Positions 25,101-40,100 of a stretch of 64,000 nt of DNA are shown in pieces. Every line of letters begins with the position of its first letter. Position 1 is the first letter of the stretch. Location: positions 1-64,000 of the forward strand of contig JAUCBJ010000367.1 in NCBI GenBank assembly GCA_032718475.1. Reading direction: 5' to 3'. The notes beneath the pieces are model-generated. The model did no database searches, was not told the DNA's origin, and worked only from the letters and a program-made list of their open reading frames with translations. Source of the DNA: Nemertoderma westbladi (Eukaryota; Animalia; Xenacoelomorpha). A program made the translations under genes and the position numbers.

Positions 25101-28100
25101 TCAGAAGATGGGAGGTAGATATTCAACTAGAGATACACTCGGGAATCGGGAGACGGGAGGTAGATATTCAACTAGAGATACACTCGGGAATCGGGAGATG
25201 GGAGGTAGATATTCAACTAGAGATACACTCGGGAATCGGGAGACGGGAGGTAGATATTCAACTAGAGATACACTCGGGAATCGGGAGGTAGATATTCAAC
25301 TAGAGATACACTCGGGAATCAGAAGACGGGAGGTAGATATTCAACTAGAGATACACTCGGGAATCGGGAGACGGGAGGTAGATATTCAACTAGAGATACA
25401 CTCGGGAATCAGAAGACGGGAGGTAGATATTCAACTAGCGATACACTCGGGAATCGGGAGACGGGAGGTAGATATTCAACTAGAGATACACTCGGGAATC
25501 GGGAGGTAGATATTCAACTAGAGATACACTCGGGAATCAGAAGACGGGAGGTAGATATTCAACTAGAGATACACTCGGGAATCGGGAGATGGGAGGTAGA
25601 TATTCAACTAGAGATACACTCGGGAATCGGGAGGTAGATATTCAACTAGCGATACACTCGGGAATCGGGAGATGGGAGGTATATATTCAACTAGAGATAC
25701 ACTCGGGAATTGGGAGATGGGAGGTAGATATTCAACTAGAGATACACTCGGGAATCGAGAGATGGGAGGTAGATATTCAACTAGAGATACACTCGGGAGA
25801 TGGGAGGTAGATATTCAACTAGCGATACACTCGGGAATCGGGAGATGGGAGGTATATATTCAACTAGAGATACACTCGGGAATCAGAAGACGGGAGGTAG
25901 ATATTCAACTAGAGATACACTCGGGAATCGGGAGATGGGAGGTAGATATTCAACTAGAGATACACTCGGGAATCGGGAGATGGGAGGTAGATATTCAACT
26001 AGAGATACACTCGGGAATCGGGAGACGGGAGGTAGATATTCAACTATAGATACACTCGGGAGATGGGAGGTAGATATTCAACTAGAGATACACTCGGGAA
26101 TCGGGAGATGGGAGGTATATATTCAACTAGAGATACACTCGGGAATCAGAAGACGGGAGGTAGATATTCAACTAGAGATACACTCGGGAATCGGGAGATG
26201 GGAGGTATATATTCAACTAGAGATACACTCGGGAGACGGGAGACTGGTGGTATATATTCAACTAGAGATACACTCGGGAATCGGGAGATGGGAGGTAGAT
26301 ATTCAACTAGAGATACACTCGGGAGATGGGAGACGGGAGGTAGATATTCAACTAGAGATACACTCGGGAATCGGGAGACGGGAGGTAGATATTCAACTAG
26401 AGATACACTCGGGAGATGGGAGGTGGGAGGTAGATATTCAACTAGAGATACACTCGGGAATCAGAAGACGGGAGGTAGATATTCAACTAGAGATACACTC
26501 GGGAATCGGGAGATGGGAGGTAGATATTCAACTAGAGATACACTCGGGAATCGGGAGGTAGATATTCAACTAGAGATACACTCGGGAATCAGAAGACGGG
26601 AGGTAGATATTCAACTAGAGATACACTCGGGAATCAGGAGACGGGAGGTAGATATTCAACTAGAGATACACTCGGGAATCGGGAGGTAGATATTCAACTA
26701 GAGATACACTCGGGAATCAGAAGATGGGAGGTAGATATTCAACTAGAGATACACTCGGGAATCGGGAGACGGGAGGTAGATATTCAACTAGAGATACACT
26801 CGGGAATCGGGAGATGGGAGGTAGATATTCAACTAGAGATACACTCGGGAATCGGGAGACGGGAGGTAGATATTCAACTAGAGATACACTCGGGAATCGG
26901 GAGGTAGATATTCAACTAGAGATACACTCGGGAATCAGAAGACGGGAGGTAGATATTCAACTAGAGATACACTCGGGAATCGGGAGACGGGAGGTAGATA
27001 TTCAACTAGAGATACACTCGGGAATCAGAAGACGGGAGGTAGATATTCAACTAGCGATACACTCGGGAATCGGGAGACGGGAGGTAGATATTCAACTAGA
27101 GATACACTCGGGAATCGGGAGGTAGATATTCAACTAGAGATACACTCGGGAATCAGAAGACGGGAGGTAGATATTCAACTAGAGATACACTCGGGAATCG
27201 GGAGATGGGAGGTAGATATTCAACTAGAGATACACTCGGGAATCGGGAGGTAGATATTCAACTAGCGATACACTCGGGAATCGGGAGATGGGAGGTATAT
27301 ATTCAACTAGAGATACACTCGGGAATTGGGAGATGGGAGGTAGATATTCAACTAGAGATACACTCGGGAATCGAGAGATGGGAGGTAGATATTCAACTAG
27401 AGATACACTCGGGAGATGGGAGGTAGATATTCAACTAGCGATACACTCGGGAATCGGGAGATGGGAGGTATATATTCAACTAGAGATACACTCGGGAATC
27501 AGAAGACGGGAGGTAGATATTCAACTAGAGATACACTCGGGAATCGGGAGATGGGAGGTAGATATTCAACTAGAGATACACTCGGGAATCGGGAGATGGG
27601 AGGTAGATATTCAACTAGAGATACACTCGGGAATCGGGAGACGGGAGGTAGATATTCAACTATAGATACACTCGGGAGATGGGAGGTAGATATTCAACTA
27701 GAGATACACTCGGGAGACGGGAGACTGGTGGTATATATTCAACTAGAGATACACTCGGGAATCGGGAGATGGGAGGTAGATATTCAACTAGAGATACACT
27801 CGGGAGATGGGAGACGGGAGGTAGATATTCAACTAGAGATACACTCGGGAATCGGGAGACGGGAGGTAGATATTCAACTAGAGATACACTCGGGAGATGG
27901 GAGGTGGGAGGTAGATATTCAACTAGAGATACACTCGGGAATCAGAAGACGGGAGGTAGATATTCAACTAGAGATACACTCGGGAATCGGGAGATGGGAG
28001 GTAGATATTCAACTAGAGATACACTCGGGAATCGGGAGGTAGATATTCAACTAGAGATACACTCGGGAATCAGAAGACGGGAGGTAGATATTCAACTAGA

Positions 28101-31100
28101 GATACACTCGGGAATCAGGAGACGGGAGGTAGATATTCAACTAGAGATACACTCGGGAATCGGGAGGTAGATATTCAACTAGAGATACACTCGGGAATCA
28201 GAAGATGGGAGGTAGATATTCAACTAGAGATACACTCGGGAATCGGGAGACGGGAGGTAGATATTCAACTAGAGATACACTCGGGAATCGGGAGATGGGA
28301 GGTAGATATTCAACTAGAGATACACTCGGGAATCGGGAGACGGGAGGTAGATATTCAACTAGAGATACACTCGGGAATCGGGAGGTAGATATTCAACTAG
28401 AGATACACTCGGGAATCAGAAGACGGGAGGTAGATATTCAACTAGAGATACACTCGGGAATCGGGAGACGGGAGGTAGATATTCAACTAGAGATACACTC
28501 GGGAATCAGAAGACGGGAGGTAGATATTCAACTAGCGATACACTCGGGAATCGGGAGACGGGAGGTAGATATTCAACTAGAGATACACTCGGGAATCGGG
28601 AGGTAGATATTCAACTAGAGATACACTCGGGAATCAGAAGACGGGAGGTAGATATTCAACTAGAGATACACTCGGGAATCGGGAGATGGGAGGTAGATAT
28701 TCAACTAGAGATACACTCGGGAATCGGGAGGTAGATATTCAACTAGCGATACACTCGGGAATCGGGAGATGGGAGGTATATATTCAACTAGAGATACACT
28801 CGGGAATTGGGAGATGGGAGGTAGATATTCAACTAGAGATACACTCGGGAATCGAGAGATGGGAGGTAGATATTCAACTAGAGATACACTCGGGAGATGG
28901 GAGGTAGATATTCAACTAGCGATACACTCGGGAATCGGGAGATGGGAGGTATATATTCAACTAGAGATACACTCGGGAATCAGAAGACGGGAGGTAGATA
29001 TTCAACTAGAGATACACTCGGGAATCGGGAGATGGGAGGTAGATATTCAACTAGAGATACACTCGGGAATCGGGAGATGGGAGGTAGATATTCAACTAGA
29101 GATACACTCGGGAATCGGGAGACGGGAGGTAGATATTCAACTATAGATACACTCGGGAGATGGGAGGTAGATATTCAACTAGAGATACACTCGGGAATCG
29201 GGAGATGGGAGGTATATATTCAACTAGAGATACACTCGGGAATCAGAAGACGGGAGGTAGATATTCAACTAGAGATACACTCGGGAATCGGGAGATGGGA
29301 GGTATATATTCAACTAGAGATACACTCGGGAATCGGGAGACGGGAGGTAGATATTCAACTAGAGATACACTCGGGAGATGGGAGGTAGATATTCAACTAG
29401 AGATACACTCGGGAATCGGGAGATGGGAGGTAGATATTCAACTAGAGATACACTCGGGAGATGGGAGGTAGATATTCAACTAGAGATACACTCGGGAATC
29501 GGGAGACGGGAGGTAGATATTCAACTAGAGATACACTCGGGAGATGGGAGGTAGATATTCAACTAGAGATACACTCGGGAATCGGGAGATGGGAGGTATA
29601 TATTCAACTAGAGATACACTCGGGAATCGGGAGATGGGAGGTAGATATTCAACTAGAGATACACTCGGGAGACGGGAGGTAGATATTTAACTAGAGATAC
29701 ACTCGGGAATCGGGAGATAGGAGGTAGATATTCAACTAGAGATACACTCGGGAATCGGGAGACGGGAGGTAGATATTCAACTAGAGATACACTCGGGAGA
29801 TGGGAGGTAGATATTCAACTAGAGATACACTCGGGAATCGGGAGATGGGAGGTAGATATTCAACTAGAGATACACTCGGGAGATGGGAGGTAGATATTCA
29901 ACTAGAGATACACTCGGGAATCGGGAGACGGGAGGTAGATATTCAACTAGAGATACACTCGGGAGATGGGAGGTAGATATTCAACTAGAGATACACTCGG
30001 GAATCGGGAGATGGGAGGTATATATTCAACTAGAGATACACTCGGGAATCGGGAGATGGGAGGTAGATATTCAACTAGAGATACACTCGGGAGACGGGAG
30101 GTAGATATTTAACTAGAGATACACTCGGGAATCGGGAGATAGGAGGTATATATTCAACTAGAGATACACTCGGGAGACGGGAGGTAGATATTTAACTAGA
30201 GATACACTCGGGAATCGGGAGATGGGAGGTAGATATTCAACTAGAGATACACTCGGGAATCGGGAGATAGGAGGTATATATTCAACTAGAGATACACTCG
30301 GGAGACGGGAGGTAGATATTCAACTAGAGATACACTCGGGAATCGGGAGATAGGAGGTATATATTCAACTAGAGATACACTCGGGAGATGGGAGGTATAT
30401 ATTCAACTAGAGATACACTCGGGAGATGGGAGGTAGATATTCAACTAGAGATACACTCGGGAATCGGGAGATAGGAGGTAGATATTCAACTAGAGATACA
30501 CTCGGGAATCGGGAGATGGGAGGTAGATATTCAACTAGAGATACACTCGGGAATCGGGAGGTAGATATTCAACTAGAGATACACTCGGGAATCGGGAGAT
30601 GGGAGGTAGATATTCAACTAGAGATACACTCGGGAATCGGGAGAGGGGAGGTAGATATACAACTAGAGATACACTTCGGGAATCGGGAGATGGGAGGTAG
30701 ATATTCAACTAGAGATACACTCGGGAATTGGGAGACGGGAGGTAGATATTCAACTAGAGATACACTCGGGAATCGGGAGGTAGATATTCAACTAGAGATA
30801 CACTCGGGAGATGGGAGGTAGATATACAACTAGAGATACACTCGGGAATCGGGAGATGGGAGGTAGATATTCAACTAGAGATACACTCGGGAATTGGGAG
30901 ATGGGAGGTAGATATTCAACTAGAGATACACTCGGGAATCGGGAGATGGGAGGTAGATATACAACTAGAGATACACTCGGGAATCGGGAGATGGGAGGTA
31001 GATATTCAACTAGAGATACACTCGGGAATTGGGAGACGGGAGGTAGATATTCAACTAGAGATACACTCGGGAATCGGGAGATGGGAGGTAGATATTCAAC

Positions 31101-34100
31101 TAGAGATACAGTCCGGAATCGGGAGGTAGATATTCAACTAGAGATACAGTCGGGAATCGGGAGGTAGATATTCAACTAGAGATACACTCGGGAATCGGGA
31201 GGTAGATATTCAACTAGAGATACACTCGGGAATCGGGAGACGGGAGGTAGATATTCAACTAGAGATACACTCGGGAATCGGGAGATGGGAGGTAGATATT
31301 CAACTAGAGATACACTCGGGAGACGGGAGACGGGTGGTAGATATTCAACTAGAGATACACTCGGGAATCGGGAGATGGGAGGTAGATATTCAACTAGAGA
31401 TACACTCGGGAGATGGGAGACGGGAGGTAGATACTCAACTAGAGATACACTCGGGAATCGGGAGACGGGAGGTAGATATTCAACTAGAGATACACTCGGG
31501 AGATGGGAGGTGGGAGGTAGATATTCAACTAGAGATACACTCGGGAATCAGAAGACGGGAGGTAGATATTCAACTAGAGATACACTCGGGAATCGGGAGA
31601 TGGGAGGTAGATATTCAACTAGAGATACACTCGGGAATCGGGAGGTAGATATTCAACTAGAGATACACTCGGGAATCAGAAGACGGGAGGTAGATATTCA
31701 ACTAGAGATACACTCGGGAATCAGGAGACGGGAGGTAGATATTCAACTAGAGATACACTCGGGAATCGGGAGGTAGATATTCAACTAGAGATACACTCGG
31801 GAATCAGAAGATGGGAGGTAGATATTCAACTAGAGATACACTCGGGAATCGGGAGACGGGAGGTAGATATTCAACTAGAGATACACTCGGGAATCGGGAG
31901 ATGGGAGGTAGATATTCAACTAGAGATACACTCGGGAATCGGGAGACGGGAGGTAGATATTCAACTAGAGATACATTCGGGAATCGGGAGGTAGATATTC
32001 AACTAGAGATACACTCGGGAATCAGAAGACGGGAGGTAGATATTCAACTAGAGATACACTCGGTAATCGGGAGACGGGAGGTAGATATTCAACTAGAGAT
32101 ACACTCGGGAATCAGAAGACGGGAGGTAGATATTCAACTAGCGATACACTCGGGAGACGGGAGGTAGATATTCAACTAGAGATACACTCGGGAATCGGGA
32201 GGTAGATATTCAACTAGAGATACACTCGGGAGACGGGAGATACACTCGGGAATCGGGAGATGGGAGGTAGATATTCAACTAGAGATGCACTCGGGAATCG
32301 GGAGGTAGATATTCAACTAGAGATACACTCGGGAGACGGGAGATGGGAGGTAGATATTCAACTAGAGATACACTCGGGAATCGGGAGATGGGGGGTAGAT
32401 ATTCAACTAGAGATACACTCGGGAATCGGGAGATGGGAGGTAGATATTCAACTAGAGATACACTCGGGAATCAGGAGACGGGAGGTAGATATTCAACTAG
32501 AGATACACTCAGGAATCGGGAGATGGGAGGTAGATATTCAACTAGACTCGGGATACACTCGGGAGACGGGAGGTAGATATTCAACTAGAGATACACTCGG
32601 GAATCGGGAGAAGGGAGGTAGATATTCAACTAGAGATACACTCGGGAGATGGGAGGTAGATATTCAACTAGAGATACACTCGGGAATCGGGACACGGGAG
32701 GTAGATATTCAACTAGAGATACACTCGGGAGACGGGAGATGGGAGGTAGATATTCAACTAGAGATACACTCGGAATCAGGAGACGGGAGGTAGATATTCA
32801 ACTAGAGATACAGTCGGGAATCGGGAGGTAGATATTCAACTAGAGATACACTCGGGAGACGGGAGATGGGAGGTAGATATTCAACTAGAGATACACTCGG
32901 GAATCGGGACACGGGAGGTAGATATTCAACTAAAGATACACTCGGGAGACGGGAGGTAGATATTCAACTAGAGATACACTCGGGAATCGGGAGATGGGAG
33001 GTAGATATTCAACTAGAGATGCACTCGGGATACGGGAGGTAGATATTCAACTAGAGATACACTCGGGAGACGGGAGGTAGATATTCAACTAGAGGTACAC
33101 TCGGGAGACGGGAGGTAGATATTCAACTAGAGATACACTCGGGAATCGGGAGACGGGAGGTAGATATTCAACTAGAGATACAGTCGGGAATCGGGAGGTA
33201 GATATTCAACTAGAGATACACTCGGGAATCGGGAGATGGGAGGTAGATATTCAACTAGAGATACACTCGGGAGACGGGAGATGGGAGGTAGATATTCAAC
33301 TAGAGATACACTCGGGAGACGGGAGATGGGAGGTAGATATTCAACTAGAGATACACTCGGGACACGGGAGGTAGATATTCAACTAGAGATACACTCGGGA
33401 ATCGGGAGATGGGAGGTAGATATTCAACTAGAGATACACTCGGGAGATGGGAGGTAGATATTCAACTAGAGATACAGTCGGGAGACGGGAGGTAGATATT
33501 CAACTAGAGATACACTCGGGAGATGGGAGGTAGATATTCAACTAGAGATACACTCGGGAATCGGGAGATGGGAGGTAGATATTCAACTAGAGATACACTC
33601 GGGAATCGGGAGATGGGAGGTAGATATTCAACTAGAGATACACTCGGGAGACGGGAGGTAGATATTCAACTAGAGATACACTCGGGAATCGGGAGACGGG
33701 AGGTAGATATTCAACTAGAGATACACTCGGGAGACGGGAGGTAGATATTCAACTAGAGATACACTCGGGAATCGGGAGACGGGAGGTAGATATTCAACTA
33801 GAGATACACTCGGGAATCGGGAGATGGGAGGTAGATATTCAACTAGAGATACACTCGGGAATCGGGAGATGGGAGGTAGATATTCAACTAGAGATACAGT
33901 CCGGAATCGGGAGGTAGATATTCAACTAGAGATACAGTCGGGAATCGGGAGGTATATATTCAACTAGAGATACACTCGGGAGATGGGAGGTATATATTCA
34001 ACTAGAGATACACTCGGGAATCAGAAGACGGGGGGTAGATATTCAACTAGAGATACACTCGGGAATCGGGAGATGGGAGGTATATATTCAACTAGAGATA

Positions 34101-37100
34101 CACTCGGGAGATGGGAGGTATATATTCAACTAGAGATACACTCGGGAATCAGAAGACGGGGGGTAGATATTCAACTAGAGATACACTCGGGAATCGGGAG
34201 ACGGGAGGTAGATATTCCACTAGAGATACACTCGGGAGATGGGAGGTATATATTCAACTAGAGATACACTCGGGAATCGGGAGATGGGAGGTATATATTC
34301 AACTAGAGATACACTCGGGAATCGGGACACGGGAGGTAGATAATCAACTAGAGATACACTCGGGAATCGGGAGATGGGAGGTAGATATTCAACTAGAGAT
34401 ACACTCGGGAATCGGGAGATGGGAGGTAGATATTCAACTAGAGATACACTCGGGAGATGGGAGGTAGATATTCAACTAGAGATACAGTCCGGAATCGGGA
34501 GGTAGATATTCAACTAGAGATACAGTCGGGAATCGGGAGGTAGATATTCAACTAGAGATACACTCGGGAATCGGGAGGTAGATATTCAACTAGAGATACA
34601 CTCGGGAATCGGGAGATGGGAGGTAGATATTCAACTAGAGATACACTCGGGAATCGGGAGATGGGAGGTAGATATTCAACTAGAGATACACTCGGGAATC
34701 GTGAGATGGGAGGTAGATATTCAACTAGAGATACACTCGGGAGACGGGAGGTCGATATTCAACTAGAGATACAGTCCGGAATCGGGCGGTAGATATTCAA
34801 CTAGAGATACACTCGGGAGATGGGAGGTCGATATTCAACTAGAGATACAGTCCGGAATCGGGAGGTAGATATTCAACTAGAGATACACTCGGGAGATGGG
34901 AGGTCGATATTCAACTAGAGATACAGTCCGGAATCGGGAGGTAGATATTCAACTAGAGATACAGTCGGGAATCGGGAGGTAGATATTCAACTAGAGATAC
35001 ACTCGGGAATCGGGAGGTAGATATTCAACTAGAGATACACTCGGGAATCGGGAGACGGGAGGTAGATATTCAACTAGAGATACACTCGGGAATCGGGAGA
35101 TGGGAGGTAGATATTCAACTAGAGATACACTCGGGAGACGGGAGACTGGTGGTATATATTCAACTAGAGATACACTCGGGAATCGGGAGATGGGAGGTAG
35201 ATATTCAACTAGAGATACACTCGGGAGATGGGAGACGGGAGGTAGATATTCAACTAGAGATACACTCGGGAATCGGGAGACGGGAGGTAGATATTCAACT
35301 AGAGATACACTCGGGAGATGGGAGGTGGGAGGTAGATATTCAACTAGAGATACACTCGGGAATCAGAAGACGGGAGGTAGATATTCAACTAGAGATACAC
35401 TCGGGAATCGGGAGATGGGAGGTAGATATTCAACTAGAGATACACTCGGGAATCGGGAGGTAGATATTCAACTAGAGATACACTCGGGAATCAGAAGACG
35501 GGAGGTAGATATTCAACTAGAGATACACTCGGGAATCAGGAGACGGGAGGTAGATATTCAACTAGAGATACACTCGGGAATCGGGAGGTAGATATTCAAC
35601 TAGAGATACACTCGGGAATCAGAAGATGGGAGGTAGATATTCAACTAGAGATACACTCGGGAATCGGGAGACGGGAGGTAGATATTCAACTAGAGATACA
35701 CTCGGGAATCGGGAGATGGGAGGTAGATATTCAACTAGAGATACACTCGGGAATCGGGAGACGGGAGGTAGATATTCAACTAGAGATACACTCGGGAATC
35801 GGGAGGTAGATATTCAACTAGAGATACACTCGGGAATCAGAAGACGGGAGGTAGATATTCAACTAGAGATACACTCGGGAATCGGGAGACGGGAGGTAGA
35901 TATTCAACTAGAGATACACTCGGGAATCAGAAGACGGGAGGTAGATATTCAACTAGCGATACACTCGGGAATCGGGAGACGGGAGGTAGATATTCAACTA
36001 GAGATACACTCGGGAATCGGGAGGTAGATATTCAACTAGAGATACACTCGGGAATCAGAAGACGGGAGGTAGATATTCAACTAGAGATACACTCGGGAAT
36101 CGGGAGATGGGAGGTAGATATTCAACTAGAGATACACTCGGGAATCGGGAGGTAGATATTCAACTAGCGATACACTCGGGAATCGGGAGATGGGAGGTAT
36201 ATATTCAACTAGAGATACACTCGGGAATTGGGAGATGGGAGGTAGATATTCAACTAGAGATACACTCGGGAATCGAGAGATGGGAGGTAGATATTCAACT
36301 AGAGATACACTCGGGAGATGGGAGGTAGATATTCAACTAGCGATACACTCGGGAATCGGGAGATGGGAGGTATATATTCAACTAGAGATACACTCGGGAA
36401 TCAGAAGACGGGAGGTAGATATTCAACTAGAGATACACTCGGGAATCGGGAGATGGGAGGTAGATATTCAACTAGAGATACACTCGGGAATCGGGAGATG
36501 GGAGGTAGATATTCAACTAGAGATACACTCGGGAATCGGGAGACGGGAGGTAGATATTCAACTATAGATACACTCGGGAGATGGGAGGTAGATATTCAAC
36601 TAGAGATACACTCGGGAATCGGGAGATGGGAGGTATATATTCAACTAGAGATACACTCGGGAATCAGAAGACGGGAGGTAGATATTCAACTAGAGATACA
36701 CTCGGGAATCGGGAGATGGGAGGTATATATTCAACTAGAGATACACTCGGGAATCGGGAGACGGGAGGTAGATATTCAACTAGAGATACACTCGGGAATC
36801 GGGAGATGGGAGGTAGATATTCAACTAGAGATACACTCGGGAGATGGGAGGTAGATATTCAACTAGAGATACAGTCCGGAATCGGGAGGTAGATATTCAA
36901 CTAGAGATACAGTCGGGAATCGGGAGGTAGATATTCAACTAGAGATACACTCGGGAATCGGGAGGTAGATATTCAACTAGAGATACACTCGGGAATCGGG
37001 AGATGGGAGGTAGATATTCAACTAGAGATACACTCGGGAATCGGGAGATGGGAGGTAGATATTCAACTAGAGATACACTCGGGAATCGTGAGATGGGAGG

Positions 37101-40100
37101 TAGATATTCAACTAGAGATACACTCGGGAGACGGGAGGTCGATATTCAACTAGAGATACAGTCCGGAATCGGGAGGTAGATATTCAACTAGAGATACACT
37201 CGGGAGATGGGAGGTCGATATTCAACTAGAGATACAGTCCGGAATCGGGAGGTAGATATTCAACTAGAGATACACTCGGGAGATGGGAGGTCGATATTCA
37301 ACTAGAGATACAGTCCGGAATCGGGAGGTAGATATTCAACTAGAGATACAGTCGGGAATCGGGAGGTAGATATTCAACTAGAGATACACTCGGGAATCGG
37401 GAGGTAGATATTCAACTAGAGATACACTCGGGAATCGGGAGACGGGAGGTAGATATTCAACTAGAGATACACTCGGGAATCGGGAGATGGGAGGTAGATA
37501 TTCAACTAGAGATACACTCGGGAGACGGGAGACTGGTGGTATATATTCAACTAGAGATACACTCGGGAATCGGGAGATGGGAGGTAGATATTCAACTAGA
37601 GATACACTCGGGAGATGGGAGACGGGAGGTAGATATTCAACTAGAGATACACTCGGGAATCGGGAGACGGGAGGTAGATATTCAACTAGAGATACACTCG
37701 GGAGATGGGAGGTGGGAGGTAGATATTCAACTAGAGATACACTCGGGAATCAGAAGACGGGAGGTAGATATTCAACTAGAGATACACTCGGGAATCGGGA
37801 GATGGGAGGTAGATATTCAACTAGAGATACACTCGGGAATCGGGAGGTAGATATTCAACTAGAGATACACTCGGGAATCAGAAGACGGGAGGTAGATATT
37901 CAACTAGAGATACACTCGGGAATCAGGAGACGGGAGGTAGATATTCAACTAGAGATACACTCGGGAATCTGGAGGTAGATATTCAACTAGAGATACACTC
38001 GGGAATCAGAAGATGGGAGGTAGATATTCAACTAGAGATACACTCGGGAATCGGGAGACGGGAGGTAGATATTCAACTAGAGATACACTCGGGAATCGGG
38101 AGATGGGAGGTAGATATTCAACTAGAGATACACTCGGGAATCGGGAGACGGGAGGTAGATATTCAACTAGAGATACACTCGGGAATCGGGAGGTAGATAT
38201 TCAACTAGAGATACACTCGGGAATCAGAAGACGGGAGGTAGATATTCAACTAGAGATACACTCGGGAATCGGGAGACGGGAGGTAGATATTCAACTAGAG
38301 ATACACTCGGGAATCAGAAGACGGGAGGTAGATATTCAACTAGCGATACACTCGGGAATCGGGAGACGGGAGGTAGATATTCAACTAGAGATACACTCGG
38401 GAATCGGGAGGTAGATATTCAACTAGAGATACACTCGGGAATCAGAAGACGGGAGGTAGATATTCAACTAGAGATACACTCGGGAATCGGGAGATGGGAG
38501 GTAGATATTCAACTAGAGATACACTCGGGAATCGGGAGGTAGATATTCAACTAGCGATACACTCGGGAATCGGGAGATGGGAGGTATATATTCAACTAGA
38601 GATACACTCGGGAATTGGGAGATGGGAGGTAGATATTCAACTAGAGATACACTCGGGAATCGAGAGATGGGAGGTAGATATTCAACTAGAGATACACTCG
38701 GGAGATGGGAGGTAGATATTCAACTAGCGATACACTCGGGAATCGGGAGATGGGAGGTATATATTCAACTAGAGATACACTCGGGAATCAGAAGACGGGA
38801 GGTAGATATTCAACTAGAGATACACTCGGGAATCGGGAGATGGGAGGTAGATATTCAACTAGAGATACACTCGGGAATCGGGAGATGGGAGGTAGATATT
38901 CAACTAGAGATACACTCGGGAATCGGGAGATGGGAGGTAGATATTCAACTAGAGATACACTCGGGAATCGGGAGATGGGAGGTAGATATTCAACTAGAGA
39001 TACACTCGGGAATTGGGAGAAGGGAGGTAGATATTCAACTAGAGATGCACTCGGGAATTGGGAGAAGGGAGGTAGATATTCAACTAGAGATGCACTCGGG
39101 AGACGGGAGGTAGATATTCAACTAGAGATACACTCGGGAATCGGGAGATGGGAGGTAGATATTCAACTAGACTCGGGATACACTCGGGAGACGGGAGGTA
39201 GATATTCAACTAGAGATACACTCGGGAATCAGAAGACGGGAGGTAGATATTCAACTAGAGATACACTCGGGAATCGGGAGATGGGAGGTAGATATTCAAC
39301 TAGAGATACACTCGGGAATCGGGAGATGGGAGATAGATATTCAACTAGACTCGGGATACACTCGGGAGACGGGAGGTAGATATTCAACTAGAGATACACT
39401 CGGGAATCGGGAGATGGGAGGTAGATATTCAACTAGAGATACACTCGGGAGACGGGAGACGGGAGGTAGATATTCAACTAGAGATACACTCGGGAATCGG
39501 GAGATGGGAGATAGATATTCAACTAGACTCGGGATACACTCGGGAGACGGGAGGTATATATTCAACTAGAGATACACTCGGGAATTGGGAGAAGGGAGGT
39601 AGATATTCAACTAGAGATACACTCGGGAATCGGGAGATGGGAGGTAGATATTCAACTAGAGATACACTCGGGAATCGGGAGATGGGAGGTAGATATTCAA
39701 CTAGAGATACAGTCGGGAATCGGGAGGTAGATATTCAACTAGAGATACACTCGGGAATCGGGAGATGGGAGATAGATATTCAACTAGACTCGGGATACAC
39801 TCGGGAGACGGGAGGTAGATATTCAACTAGAGATACACTCGGGAATCGGGAGATGGGAGGTAGATATTCAACTAGAGATACACTCGGGAATCGGGAGATG
39901 GGAGGTAGATATTCAACTAGAGATACACTCGGGAATCGGGAGATGGGAGGTAGATATTCAACTAGAGATACACTCGGGAATCGGGAGATGGGAGGTAGAT
40001 ATTCAACTAGAGATACACTCGGGAATCGGGAGATGGGAGGTAGATATTCAACTAGAGATACACTCGGGAATTGGGAGAAGGGAGGTAGATATTCAACTAG

